Below are positions 1 through 13,957 of a DNA stretch of 64,000 nucleotides, in pieces. Both the position numbers and the translations under genes were made by a program. How positions within the stretch are numbered: position 1 is the first letter of the stretch; the number at the start of each line of letters is the position of its first letter. The DNA comes from the human T2T-CHM13v2.0 reference genome, Homo sapiens. The notes below the pieces were generated by a model. That model did not search any database. It was not told where the DNA came from and saw only the letters and a program-made list of their open reading frames with translations. The stretch is from NCBI RefSeq assembly GCF_009914755.1, contig NC_060935.1. One strand, given 5' to 3'.

Positions 1-769
1 ACCAGCAGTATAAATGGGGACCTTATGGAGCTGAATAGCATTGGAGTCATATTGGTGAGATTTTCCCTGCTCACAGACATTTTAATTTGCCATTGATATT
101 TCATGGATATTTAACCAAGTTACAACCTTACAAATTTACATTATGTCAGTGACTTTTCTTGGTCTGAGCATAAATGGTGTTTTATGTAGTTTTTGCCTTG
201 AGTTTATTATAAATTTCGAATGCTTATAATTGTTCACTAGGCATCTACTGTTGCTTTATATAAAGAATTGTAACATAGGATTTTGAAGATGATTAAGAGA
301 CATCGGCTTTTCCCTCGTGCTCCGTCTCGTGGACAATGACTGCTGGGTGCAGCATTGTTTTCTGTTCATATTTAGTGAGGGGACAAACCTTTATCTTCTT
401 GCCACTGGGAGGTATCTGTATAACGTACCTGACGCCATATGGTCTTAATTGATTTGAGTCTGGATTGACTCTTCCTTGAGACACAGTTATTAGCCTGCTT
501 ACTGATGGAAGGAGAAGGAAAAGCCCAGGGATGATTTAGGTCTCCCTGACCCCTGAATTCCCCAGTTTCAGAGTCTGTGCTTAGAATCCATAGGCCCAGC
601 TCTGGAGCCCATGCTTCTTCTCTGTGTGCTGCCACCCACAGCACAGAAAGCGCGAGGGTTAACACTTTAGCAGGTTTCACAAGACATCTGGTCACATCAT
701 ATATTTGGGGGAGATGTGGGGGTGTTTCAAAGGAGGTGTTTGTTCACTGTATGACAGGCATTGTAATGT

Positions 770-955
770 TCATCTTATGTACACTATTCATGTGATCCTG
801 GGTGATCTCCAGGACCCTCGGGTGAACATTACAGTGAGAGAGAGGATGTGTTTTTCAGATCATGCCCAGAGAGAGGATACATTCCATGGCTAGTGAGCGG
901 TGAAGCCAAGATTTGAATTCACCCAATTTCAAACCCATACGTGCTTTATCAACCA
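770..955 (-). mobile_element. degraded MIR SINE
   Basis: MIR-core-like ...gctagtgagcggtgaagccaagatttgaa...; boundaries approximate. Confidence 0.45.
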
Positions 956-1660
956 CATCATTGTGCTTCCTAGCGTCACCGAGATATTTTTGTTAGGTTT
1001 CAGCTTTGGGTTAAATCAGTATAGAGCACAGAAAACAGGAGCAATTTGGAAAAAGAGATGAAGATTTAAAGAATTACAGTTTCTTTGATAGCTAGCATGG
1101 TCATTGCCTTCTGGGGACGTAGTTTTTGTCCTACCTTCTAGTGTATAAAACTCCGGGAATATAACGTTCCTAAGTCATTGATCACTGGTCTTTAATTTTA
1201 CTAATAACAATATACAGTTATTGTTAATTTATTCTGTTAATCTTTAGGACTACTTCTGATGAGACTAAATTTGATGAGACTACTGGAGGAGTTACTCATT
1301 ACTTCTTCATTTTGAGATTAGATAACCAGACCCAACCATTTCCTAAATATGACATACTAAATTGACTTCCAAAATATGGCATTTTGTACTTTTAGAAATT
1401 CTTTCCCTTTTGTAATGCTATTACCTTTTCAAGTAATTTGAAAACCCTTGTACTTCCAGGAGATTCACGTTACTGCCTCTCGTATCCTCATTTGTTTTTG
1501 CTGATAGCTCTAGTTTTTGTATGCTGGAGTTGAGTCATGAGCACCTCAAGACTGTGGACCGTATTTTTGTGTATCTCTGTCTGCCATGTTGCATCTCATA
1601 CAATACCCTGCACAAAAACCATCAGTAAATATTTGTTGCATCAAAATGAAATTCTTACAA

Positions 1661-1947
1661 TTTTTTTTTTTTTTTGAGATGGAGTCTGGCTCAGTCGCCC
1701 AGGCTGGAGTGCAGTGATCTTGGCTCACTGCAAGCTCCGCCTCCTGGGTTCACGCCATTCTCCTGCCTCAGCCTCCTGAGTAGCTGGGGCCACAGGCGCC
1801 CGCCACCACACCCAGCGATTTTTTTGTATTTTTAGTAGAGACGGGGTTTCACCGTGTTAGGATGGTCTTGATCTCCTGACCTCGTGATCCGCCCGCCTCG
1901 GCCTCCCAGAGTGCAGAGATTACAGGCATGAGCCACCACGCCTGGCC
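1661..1947 (-). mobile_element. AluY
   Basis: Poly-T then reverse Alu with Y-diagnostic gcaagctccgcctcctgggttcacgccattc; TSD-like tcttac/taa flanks. Confidence 0.93.
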
Positions 1948-2167
1948 TCTTATAAATTTTTTTGAAAATTATAGAAAATTTACCACGCTAACTATTTGTG
2001 TTAGTTGCTTTGAAGAGAAAAAAGATACTCCCTTTCTCTTGGAGAAACGTACTCTTGTCTTTGTATGTTTGTTGTTGGTTTTTTACTAGATTCCATACCA
2101 GTTCTGGCATGTCAGATAAGCAGATAGCACGCCATTTAGGCTCTAAAGCAATACTTCACATCCCCAT

Positions 2168-2488
2168 TTAGTCCTCGTTATTTATGAGGGATACCTTCCA
2201 AGACTCCTTTGGATGCCTGAAACCACAGCTATCGAACCCTATATATACTATGTGTTTTTCCTATACATACCTGTGACAAAGTTTAATTTATAAATTAAGC
2301 ACAGGAAGAGATTAATAATAACTAATAATAAAGTAGAACAATTATAAATCTATACTGTAATGAATGTTATGTGAATGTCATCTCTTGGATTAGCATGTCT
2401 TACTGTATTATACTCACCTATTTTCAGATCATGGTTGACTGTGGGTAACTGAAACCACAGAAAATGAAACTGTGGTTATGCAAGTACT
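2168..2488. mobile_element. MER44A/Tigger7-like non-autonomous DNA transposon
   Basis: Internal text (ttccaagac...ggatgcctgaaacc...ggttgactgtgggtaactgaaacc) matches MER44 as I recall it; degenerate TIRs. Confidence 0.7.
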
Positions 2489-2635
2489 AATGTGAACTCA
2501 GGTTCCTTTTAATTGGTCCTTTTGGACTGAGAGCACATCATTTTTACTTTATTAAATCACTGTTCTGTAAATGTATTTAAGTATTGGCTTAAACATTGAG
2601 GTAACCGAATAAAACATGGTTTTTCTTTTTTGTAG

Positions 2636-2785
2636 AACATGTTCTTCAAGTATACATGGAATAACTTTTTGCATACACAAGTGGAAATTTGTATTGCACT
2701 GATTCTTGCAAGTCCTTTTGAAAACACAGAAAATGCCACAATTACCGATCAAGACTCCACTGGTGATAATTTGTTATTAAAACAT
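2636..2785 (+). CDS. PPP6R3: PPP6R3 coding exon (SAPS domain), 150 nt, phase 0-0
   Basis: Acceptor ttttcttttttgtag|AAC and donor CAT|gtaagc; translates [50 protein letters not shown] with the SAPS-family WNNFLH motif. Confidence 0.95.
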
Positions 2786-3927
2786 GTAAGCTTATTTGGT
2801 CTCGTTTTTCTCCCACTCTCTCCTGGTTATAGCAGTTTTCCACTTGACTGTGATGTGAATTGAGGTTTAAAGGGCTTGAGGTTAGATTTCAGAGTCTAAA
2901 TATTTGACAATCATGTGTTCGTTTCACTTTTAACATATAAATCATTATATAAATCAAGTACTGGACAAATAACTATTAAATGAACAGTCTTGTAAGAAAA
3001 AAGCTAAGTGGCCTCCTTATTTGGTAAAATTAATAGGTTTGAAGATATATAAATTCTTTGATGATTTGAAGAATCATAGAAATGTAAATACTATGGAAAA
3101 CATTTGCACTATTATTTGGCTGACCAGAGTGTAGTTTCTTTGCTGAATACGTGACTGAAAGTCAGGAGAACTGAGTTCTTTGTGATGTTGAGAGTCTTCC
3201 TGGGGTCTCTTTTTCTCTTCTGTCAAATATGAGATAATTTTACTAAGTCAGTCTTCAGATTTTTTCTTGCTTGGTAGTTCTATGGTACTTTTAAAATTTC
3301 TAGCCCACACTTGGTTTACTCGCAAACCTAAAATGTAGAAAAGGCTAGCTTGGAACAGCCAAGTTGATGGGAAAGACAAATGACACCTGAGAAGAACTAG
3401 CCCTGCACATTCCAGTATTGCAGCCTACAGCAGTTGTCACTGACTTGCAGACTTTGGGCAAAACCCACCTGTTTTTAATATTAATGCAGTAATGTTAGTT
3501 CATCTGGAAGTAAGACGTGCTCACATTTTAAAAGTACAAGCATTACTTTGGATTCTAAGTTAAATTTTTGCCAAGGCATAGTTTTCTTTATTCCATTTTA
3601 ATTTAGCTCAGGTTTTATATTTCTGTTCTGAATTTTCACAGCTAATAAAACCTGGCTTTCCTTTATAGTTAACTATAGGTAGTTAACTGCACTACCTATA
3701 ATACTGAGTTTCCTGTAGATGTTCTGTGGAGGGTGTGGATCCTGATTTGAATCTCTGTAGTGTTGTGGGTGTCTGCAGTAGATTGATGATCACATTGCAT
3801 TTGGCTTAGTAACATTTAGCTTGCTAGATTATGCATACTACTATTCTCTTTAACCTAGAGTTCTGTTTCACTTTAAAGTTTTGATGCTTTGAAGTATTAA
3901 CTGGAATATTCTTTTTTTTTTTTTCAG

Positions 3928-3992
3928 CTTTTCCAAAAATGTCAATTAATAGAACGAATACTTGAAGCCTGGGAAATGAATGAGAAGAAACA
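3928..3992 (+). CDS. PPP6R3: PPP6R3 coding exon, 65 nt, phase 0-2
   Basis: Poly-T tract + cag acceptor, CA|gtaagt donor; [21 protein letters not shown](Q). Confidence 0.95.
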
Positions 3993-4659
3993 GTAAGTAA
4001 ATTGTTTTTTTGAAAGGAATTCAGTTTGGTTGGTAATATGAGGAAAATAATACCTCCTTGCCCTAGTCAGAAAAAAATGGAAATAATTACATGATACTGG
4101 CCATTTTACAATTTAAACTTTTCCCCAGATTATTTCATTGTAACAGTTGTTTTTATAATACTAATAATTTCTTGTTAGGTCCTCTTGTTTTTGGGGCAAA
4201 ACAAGTGAGTTCGGAGTGTTCCCCACCTCTGTGCTGCCTTTGAAACTTCCTGGTCCTTTTTGAATGGCTACTGTTCTAAGAGTTATAAGGTTAAAGTTAA
4301 GTCCTTGATGATGTGACTTAGTGTATTTGTCCTGGTCACCTTATGCTCAGAACAGAAGGTATCACGTACATATTTTCATTGTAGAGAAGAGTTGCTTTGT
4401 ACAGGGACCTAGAGGAAAAAAATTGCTCAGTGTTTTCTTTTTAGAAAATGTTTGTTAGCTGATTGGCAAGGTTATGTGAAGTATTAGTTGATACATGTAA
4501 GTAGCTTTGTTACACAAAACGTTTTCTTACAGGTGTTGTCTGTAACAGCATTCCTCTCTAGTGCCCTGGGAGCCTTTATGTCACCCCGTAGATTCTGAAG
4601 CATGGTGGCATAAGGGCGTGTTTGGGAAACACTCTGAAGGCATGCTTCTGTGTTTGTTT

Positions 4660-4830
4660 TTAAGACAGGTTTATTGAGATATAATTCTCATATGGTAAAG
4701 CTCATTTTAGGTGTACATTCCTAGGAATTCTGACTGATGCCTGAAGTCACCATCACCACAATCAAGACATTTCTGTCACCCCCAAAATTTCTCTCATGGT
4801 CCTTTGTAGTTGATCATTTCCCAGCATTCT
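4660..4830 (-). mobile_element. old L1M 3' end fragment
   Basis: tttattgagatataattc...caccacaatcaag...catttctgtcacccccaaaatttc typical of L1MB/MC/ME 3' ends. Confidence 0.6.
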
Positions 4831-5455
4831 TGTTATGTGTCTCTGTGTCTCCAGGAAAGCTAGATGACTCTTGGGAGTCAGCCTTACTTTGTGAGGTTTG
4901 ATTTTTTTTTTTTAAATCGTTTAATAAGCACTGCTACTAGGGTTTTGATTTGGCTTCATGTGGGAAATTGGCATTTTGTTTGTTTGTTTGTGGCAAGGGG
5001 CTAGTATTGGTAGACCTCAGATACATTCTTCCAAATGGAGCTCTTTGGAGATGCTGTTTGTGGCCCAGTTGACATCTCTGGTTATATGTCTGACTCCGTC
5101 TTGGCTTCTCTGTGTCCTTCCCAACCTCCAGTCTTCTTGCTGCCTCCTCATCTGGCCAGGGCTCAGATATCCTTTGTGCCCTGCTCTCCTGGTGAGTCCC
5201 GTTTTCTGGAGGCCTGGTGAATACCATTCCCTCTGTCTAGGGGGATCCCGAAAGAACTTTCCTTGTTTCCTTGCACAACAGCCTGAAGCAGTTTGAAGCT
5301 GTGGGTCACCTTAGAGATGGGCCTTTGTTTTCTTTCACTTGTGTACTTGAGGGTGTGCAGAAGAGTGACTCAGTTGCCTGTAGGTAACACCTGGCTCTCT
5401 GGATCTTACTGAAGAACTAAAAGAGACTCTGAGCAACTCAGTGAAGATTGACTCT

Positions 5456-5780
<325 letters not shown>

Positions 5781-5998
5781 CTAAGATTCTCTAGCAGATA
5801 CTTTATTTTCCAAGCAAGCCTTCAAGCATAGGATGTTTTTTTTTTCTTATTGCTCCTGAAAGGCTTTTCTCTCTCTAAGCAAAAATCTCTGCAGTGTTTG
5901 TTCCCTGCTATCTGCAGTCAAAAATCTTTCGTTTGATAGAGCTTAAAATCTTGGCACTTTGTAAATAGGTAGAGAAATCAGATTAATATGAGTTTACT

Positions 5999-6003
<5 letters not shown>

Positions 6004-6053
<50 letters not shown>
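6004..6053. repeat. (TA)n microsatellite, ~25 units
   Basis: Perfect TA run abutting the Alu poly-T tail. Confidence 0.97.
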
Positions 6054-6054
<1 letters not shown>

Positions 6055-6058
<4 letters not shown>

Positions 6059-6349
6059 TTTTTTTTTGAGACGGAGTCTTATTTTGTCACCCAGGTTGGA
6101 GTGCAGTAGCACAATCCTGGCTCACTGCAGTCTCTGCCTACCGGGTTCAAGAAATTTTCCTGCCTCAGCCTCCTGAGTAGCTAGGATTTCAAGTGTGCAC
6201 CACCACGCCTGGCTAATTTTTGTATTTTTAGTAGAGATGGGGTTTTGCCATGTTGCCCAGGATGGTCTCAAACTCCTGACCTCAAGTGATCCACCTGTGT
6301 TGGCCTCCCAAAGTGTTGGGATTACAGGCGTGAGCCACTGTGCCTGGCC
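6055..6349 (-). mobile_element. AluS
   Basis: Full-length reverse Alu. Confidence 0.92.
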
Positions 6350-7007
6350 TGATACGAATTAAGTGTAAAGATTGATCATGGTTGGGAAGATGAGACCTTA
6401 AATGGGAAAAGGACAAAGACTGTTTGTTTGCATGTGTTCAGAATGGTGTATGGTCAAGTACTAGTTGACTGTCTCCTATCTTGGCCAAGTCTCACATCAG
6501 CTAATATCTTAACTTGAGACATGTCATTGGTAGATAATTATTTCTATTCATTGATATAATAAAAATTTGCTATCTTTTAAGAAAATGAACCAGCAGAATT
6601 CTTACCTCAGTTCCTTATAATCTGATTAAGGTTTGAAAAAGTTTCATTAAAAAGATGTAAAATAAAATCACAATAACATTAGGCATCAGAGAAGGTTTAT
6701 TTGATCTTTTAAAAAATAATGTGTTATTGACAGTGAGTGATGATTTTTGAGATTCGAATAAACTGTGGCCTGTTGACTGAGGCTACCATATAATCTTTTA
6801 CAATTTCACACCCCTCCCTGACCATGCTGCATGGTCATATTCTGGCACCTTCCATTCCTTTGTTTTTCTTTTCTTTTCTGTCCATCGTCATTTTCTTCAG
6901 TGCCTTCAGGGTTTAAAATGATTGTTTAAAAGTCCGCAGTATTTACCGAGTGTTTCATCACTTCATCCTATCAGGAATCTGAGTATTTGTCCTTTACCTC
7001 TTGTCAG

Positions 7008-7123
7008 GGCTGAGGGAGGAAGACGGCATGGTTACATGGGACACCTAACGAGGATAGCTAACTGTATCGTGCACAGCACTGACAAGGGCCCCAACAGTGC
7101 ATTAGTGCAGCAGCTTATCAAAG
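7008..7123 (+). CDS. PPP6R3: PPP6R3 coding exon, 116 nt, phase 2-1
   Basis: ttgtcag| acceptor, AAG|gtaagt donor; [38 protein letters not shown] with the SAPS GYMGHL motif. Confidence 0.96.
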
Positions 7124-8856
7124 GTAAGTTATTTGTGAAATTTGAATTACATTTTTGTTGGGTTGCAGGAAGGATTTAAGGGTCAAGTAGAAATGCATGT
7201 AGCATTTTTAATAGTGATTTGTGGGACTTCTTTATATTTGGCAAATTATGTATTTGAATGAGGTTCTTGAGAATGTGTTTGAACAGTGTTGTTTTTTGGT
7301 TGTATTTATGTTCATGTAGTTACAGACCATTCCATAAGCATTGGCAGGCTTGGCTGGATTCAGCATATAAGAGTCACCTATTGTCATTCTTAAAGAGCAT
7401 TGCTTGGTGAATCATGCTTTTGAGTATTGTGAGTGTGAAGTACTCATATGCTAGCAGTTGAGCCACTTCAGCTATAATTTTGCCTTTTATTTTCTGAAGG
7501 CCTCTATATAGCCTCTGAATTAAGTTTCTTTAACTGGAATATTAGGGCATTTATCAGCATTTCTTTGATGTCGCTGTCACTAAAATGAGGGGTATTGGCT
7601 TCTAAAGGACTCTTTCTGTATAGCATTTCAGTTTAATCAGCCCAAGCTTATTTGGAAGAAACTATATGGATGCTTTTTTACACTGGCCCCAAGCCATGAG
7701 CCTTCTTCTAAAATGAGAGAACTGTGTACTCTGGGTTTTTGTACCAACAGGATTACCAATCCTGAGACCTATTCTGAATGTGAACAGTCTTTAACATCCA
7801 TGGTACAGAATTTGTTCAGTTAAAATCATTTCCCAGTGGGTCTTCCATTTTTTCTTAAGAATGTTTGTTTGTTCAAGAGGCTATTCCCTGTTGAATGTGC
7901 ACTAAAACCACAGTTGTCACCAGGGATGGAAAAAGTGGTGTGTGCCCACTTCTAATTTTGCTTCTTGAGAGAGGCATAAGAGGTATAAGCCTCTTCCTTG
8001 GGCCATTTCACCACACAGTTTATCTTTATGTCCTAACTAAGAAGAAATGGCCATGTGATATGACTGAGTTTTTAGATCAGACTTTCCTTTATGGAAGCTG
8101 CTTGCCAGGTGGTACATGTGTACACTTCTGTGAGTGTGCACACATGCATGGCTGTTTTAAACCAGAATTATCAGATGACTAGTTAGGCCTCTAAAATTAC
8201 GTCATGGTTTGATTTTCTCAGAAAAGCAGTTGTTTATCCTTTTCTTTAACATTTCTCTAGAAGGTAGAATTTCACTATTACCTGTGTATCCACGTTGGCC
8301 CATGACACAAATATTTAGGAAACATGATCTTAGAGCAATTTGAAAAGCCATACTAGGTTCTGTGGAACATTCATTGGCCAGCTGCCAATGAGAGCATTTC
8401 AAGAAAGTGTGCAGGAGCTGTCATTTGCAGCATTTTCTAGACTTAACTTGACCATGGAAAAAGATCCCCCTACCCCCGACACGTTAAACACCTACCACCT
8501 TTCTCAGAAAAGCTTGTTGGAAACACACTTTCCAGGTTAAGCTTCTACCAGAGCATTTTCAGAAACTTGTTAAGTTCACAAGCTACCTTAGGGCTCTTGG
8601 CCTCATCAAGCCTATACCATTGGGTAGGGGGATTCTGGTTCCTGAAAGTCCATGGGATTTGGGCCTATGGAAGGTTTAATAATTCCATTTCTCTAAGAGC
8701 ACTGGGCTGGCTGTCACCCAGTTTCTCAGCTGATAGGGCCTGCTCACCATTGATGAACCAGGTGAGTAGGCCCACTTTTATATTACCTGCTTACTTTATT
8801 TGTCTCCGTGGAGGTCATTGTGGTGATAATGCTTTTTTGCTTTTCTCACTCTGAAG

Positions 8857-8942
8857 ATCTTCCCGACGAAGTCAGGGAACGATGGGAGACGTTCTGCACA
8901 AGCTCCTTAGGAGAAACTAACAAGAGGAACACGGTAGATCTA
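8857..8942 (+). CDS. PPP6R3: PPP6R3 coding exon, 86 nt, phase 1-0
   Basis: ctctgaag| acceptor, CTA|gtaggt donor; [29 protein letters not shown]. Confidence 0.94.
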
Positions 8943-11900
8943 GTAGGTTTTACAAGGTTACATTTTTATTCTTTCAGTGCTCTTAGCCTTTGCCCATTTA
9001 TTCAGAAAGATGTAAAAGATCTTCCATTTACCTCAGTAACTGTGAGCCAAAGATAAATTCTTATCTCTTTACCAGGGAGAGAGGTCAGTATTCACAATAT
9101 TCTTGCCCATTTGTCTAGTCCACTCCTAATTACCTGCCTGGGATGACAGAAGGATATTGAGAAGTCACTGATTTCTGCTCCACATCCTACTTAGTGTCCA
9201 TTTCCCTCCATGCCCTGCTGCCGAGCACCTCAACAGCCTCTTGCCTTCCTTTCATTCTGCTGGGTTTGTGGCCACATGCCACTGATAACCCTGGGTGCTT
9301 AGGAAAGCGAAAGATTCAGTTGGATATTTTTCTGATATTATTGAGTTGAGTATACCCTCGTTTTACATCATTCCCAATGGGGGAATATTTTGTAGATGAC
9401 TTTGAAACCCCAGCTTTAAAATTTTTTTACCAGAATTGGGACTTTGAGCCAGGGAATAATGGCATTGATAATTTTTTTAAAAATTATATTGGACTTTGGA
9501 ATGTATTTTTTGGTTTTTAAACACATTTAAGTTTTAAGGTAAGTATTGCTTTTTTCTGCTTTTAAAGATGGGGAAAGCATTTCCTTTTACAAGTACATGC
9601 CAGCTGATAGTCGAGGGGTGGCCTTTGCTTAGACAGAAGCAGCACGTGACTCGACATTGAAGTGTTTATGTTTGGCGTTTAATTCTATATTTCAAATTTG
9701 GCAGTGGCAGTCTTGAATTTCTAATATGCAGTAACACCTTGACTGTTAGGAATTCAATGATCTGGCAGCCTGAAGCAACAGGGAAGCAGGCTCTGAAAGC
9801 CAGAGAGCAGCCACTTGGTCCTCCTGTGTCACTCCCTGGAGGGCTGTGCCCCCTACTTTGTAGATTGCCTAAAAATATGGTCATCTTTTTCCAGACTCCT
9901 GACAGAGTCACACTTTTTAAGCGGGGAATAATGATAGAATTAGGAAGTATTAAGAGTTGGAAGAATTATGAAGTTGAGGTAACTATTAAAAGGAAGCTAT
10001 GTGGGGCCATTTAATTAAAATAGACCTAAGGCCTAATAGCCCGAGTGTCTCTGTGTACCACAGCCCAGCAGAGAAAATGACATTAGTATTGACAGCCCTG
10101 GGTCATCAAGGAAGGGTTAAGTCATTTTTAATGAATATTTTACCCATTGTAGATAGATACTCGGACTATCGTTTAACTTGAGTGTTCTGGATAATCAGGG
10201 TTTTTTTTGTAGAATGGAATTGTCCTCTCCCATACTGTTAAATCATACTGCTTAATTTTGGAGGTTCCCACGTTGATTCCTTTGCAGGCAATATAGTCTC
10301 TTTTAAGGGGACTATTGTCTTGTCTTATAAAGGAATATTTAGTAATCTGATTTTGTTTGGGAAACTTCTTTTAAAATTATCCTTTGATTGGCTTAAAAGT
10401 TAGAAGTCAAAAATGTCCAATTAAGCTTGTTACCAGACTTTTAAACAATTGTTTTTATCTTAGGTAACTCAAGCATATTTCTTTTGTGAGCAGTTCTGTA
10501 ATAAAGAAGGACTTCATTACAATTCAGATAATGCTCACTTACTGTATAGTATGCTGTCAGCAGATCTGCTCTGGGATTGTGTGTAAATGTTACTACATAT
10601 ATCCCCATAGAAGGGTGTGGTCATCCCGCAAAAATAAAACGTTCAGCCCCTGGTAGACTGTGTTAGAAAAAAATTATTTTGGGCTCCATCTGTCACTCAG
10701 ATTGCGTCTCGGTTCTTCTTTGCTTGCTCTGCTTTTCTGCCATCATACTCGGACTGCATAATCTAAAGTCAAACAAAATCATAAGTTGGCTTATAAAGCA
10801 AAAGTGGTTAGATTGATAGGGCCCTTTAACATTACCTATATCCCCTGTTGAGTTAGCCCCACTCCAGAATTTTGCTGTCTGTTGAGACTTTCAGGTGGAT
10901 CTAAATACTTCTTCAATTCTTTATTCCCGAGCCCTTTCTTAAATACCACTTCCGTTTAGTCTTAAGTCCTTCTGATAGGGAGTTTTGCTTTGTAGTATTG
11001 TGAGGGCTACAGCTATTCCAAGTGTTTAATATGCTTATATAGTAGGTCTAGGCACCAAGGAGATTTTAATCGTATCCTCCAGGCCATTCATTTTCCTGTC
11101 CAGAATGTGTTCAAGCTGTATCTCAGTGGGGTTGGGTACCATGTTTCAGGAAAATACGCAATTGTAAATATTATTATAAACACAACTTGGTAAATGCAGT
11201 GGGCCTTACCCTTGCAAAAGTGACATAGAAAAAGAGTGCCCATGTTTGAAATGTGGTAGTTACACTTGCCTTCTTAACATGCTTGTCACTGGAATTGGTA
11301 GTTAAATAATAGCTTGCTTATGCCCTGTTCCCTTTCCCAAATAGATAAGATTAGATACACTGCCTTGACTTCCTTGATTTTAGAATAGCTTGGCTACCTC
11401 TCTGGAAGTCATTTCAGGTATATTCATAGAAGTGGAGTCAGCCCAGTTCAGCACCACGTGCTTAAGTTAGTGCATTGTTAACCTGACATGTTATTTTTCT
11501 GTTTACAGCAAGGATACATTCATTTATACACTGAACACTTTCCTGTCCTATTGGCTGTGTACCTGAGGACTTGCTCACTTCTTTTGGATAAGCTGTGCCC
11601 AGCCCCAGGCTCCTATCACTTCTGTAACATTTTAGTTAAATTCTCTCTGAGATACTCGAAGTGCTTTAATCTTTTGGCTCCATCATACCCAAATACGTGC
11701 ACAGCAGATTCATATACTCCCTGTGTTTTTATGTTTGGAGTTTATGATGAACAAAAGTTGGTGTTTTAATTATATCCAAAGACCTCTGTGTTTTGACCAA
11801 GTCCCCAAACTAAAAATTGGCAAGGATTTAGGTAGAGTGAATTTAGAGAACATAGGACATGTTTTTGTACTGACTTTGAAAAATTTGAGTTTGTTTCATT

Positions 11901-12004
11901 TTTTGCCCTCTTCTCCAAGGGGGAAAATGTATTTAAAATTGTTGATGCTTCTTTCCCATCATTGACAAGACAGTGTGTAGAAGAAGAGATGTAGAATGAT
12001 CTGA

Positions 12005-12130
12005 ATGTGTGCCTGTATTAATCACCAGGAGTTTCCGCAGGTTGGGGTGAAACCTGAAAGTGGGTGTTTCTAACTAATCCTAGGTTATGTTGATGCTGGG
12101 GGTCCTCAGTGGGACCATACTTTGAGGATC
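12005..12130. mobile_element. MER5A-like hAT-Charlie fragment
   Basis: ...ttgatgctgggggtcc...ggaccatactttgag end typical of MER5A. Confidence 0.5.
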
Positions 12131-12424
12131 AAGGAATAAGTCTCTAGCTTTCACTTGTCACTAATACGGGCCTCAGAGTTTAACAGTCATTTCACACTTC
12201 TGATTTCCCTTGGGAACCTAATCATCCAAAGTAAACACCAATTTGCTTTTTCCTGTAACAACAGTTAACAAAACGAAAATTTTATTTCGAAAGAAGATAA
12301 TATCTCCGAAACTGTGTGCACTACAACAAGAGTGCACTTTACTTACGGTATATCTAGCTTGGCAAGAGTGTTATATACTTGTTGCTTTTTGCTGTATTTG
12401 TTTATATTCAGTGATTATTAGTAT

Positions 12425-13585
12425 TCATTAATTCAGTAAATATTTGAGTGCCTACAATGTGCCAGACACTGAAGATACAGTACTAGACAAGATTGGCAAA
12501 AATTTCTGCTTCAGTGGAGATGGATAAACAAATGAGTAAGAGACACGTGTGCACACACAATATGTGTAATATACAGTCATGCACTGCATAATGTTTCGGT
12601 CAGCAATAGACCGCATATATGACAGTAGTCCCATAAGATTAGAATACTCGATTTTACTGCACGTTTTTTATTTGTAGATACACAAATACTTATCACCATG
12701 CTCCAGTTGCCTCAGTATTCAGTGCAGTACTGTGCTGTGCAGGTGTGTAGCCTAGGAGCAATTGGTTGTAGCAGATAGCCCAGGTCTGCAGTAGGCTCTA
12801 CCATGTGAACTCTATGATGTTCGCATGATGACAGAATTGCCTTTGTCACAATGTATCCTTGTCATGAAACAATGCATGACTGCGCGTGTTTCAGATGGTA
12901 AGTGCTAAGGAGCCAACGCATGGGAGGGAGTTAGGGAGTCTTTGGGGCAGGTGTACAGTTTAAAATCTGGTGTCAAGGAAAATCTCACTGGGAAGGTGCA
13001 TTTGTGGAGTGGAGAGGGAAGAGCAAAATGCAGAGGACTCGAATTTGGGTTGTTCCTAGTGTGTGCAGGGACTTGCATGTTGTCCCGTGTGGATGTAACA
13101 GTAAGCAAAGGAGAGAACAGAAGGACTTGAGGCCAGAAAGGCGCCAAACAGCCAGATTTTCTACAGCTTTTTAGTCTATGGTAATTTTGATCTAATGAGA
13201 ATTTGTTAGGTTTTGAACTAAAAAGTGCCATACCTTGATGTATATTTTTAAAAGATGGCTGTGGCTATTGGGTTGAGAACAGACTGCTAGGTGGGGCAAG
13301 GGCTAGGAGGAGGGAGACTGGGGAACTGCCAGCTGTGACATTAGTCCAGGTGAGGGGAGTGCTGGCTTGCACTGGGGAGCTGATAACAGACTTGGTGAAG
13401 GGCGATGGGTCTGGAGAGGGATTTTGGCTCCATTTTGAAGGTAGAGTGGACATGGTGGGTGGGCTGGAGGAAACAAGATGACCGAGGTTTCTAGTTGAAG
13501 AAGAGTGAAGGTGGCAGTGACTGAGCTGAAGATGCCTCAAAAGGAGTGTGTTTGGAAGTGTAGATCAGGAATTCAGTTTTGTATA
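12425..13585 (-). mobile_element. L2 LINE fragment (interrupted by Tigger3a)
   Basis: L2 3' end attcagtaaatatttgagtgcctacaatgtgccagacactg; L2-like purine-rich sequence resumes after 12890. Confidence 0.7.
12574..12882. mobile_element. Tigger3a (MER7A/Golem) DNA transposon
   Basis: Terminal inverted repeats cagtcatgc...gcatgactg, TA at the left flank, internal gtcccataagatta and gtagcctaggagcaat. Confidence 0.8.
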
Positions 13586-13643
13586 CATCTGAATAATGAA
13601 CCAATGGGATTCTGATTAGCAAGTTTCCCCCATGGGTAAATAA

Positions 13644-13957
<314 letters not shown>

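Noticed and set aside
10451-10470. tttttatcttag|gtaact resembling a recursive splice (ratchet) site
   Set aside because: Donor half is imperfect and the intron is only ~7 kb; validated human recursive sites are mostly in very long introns.
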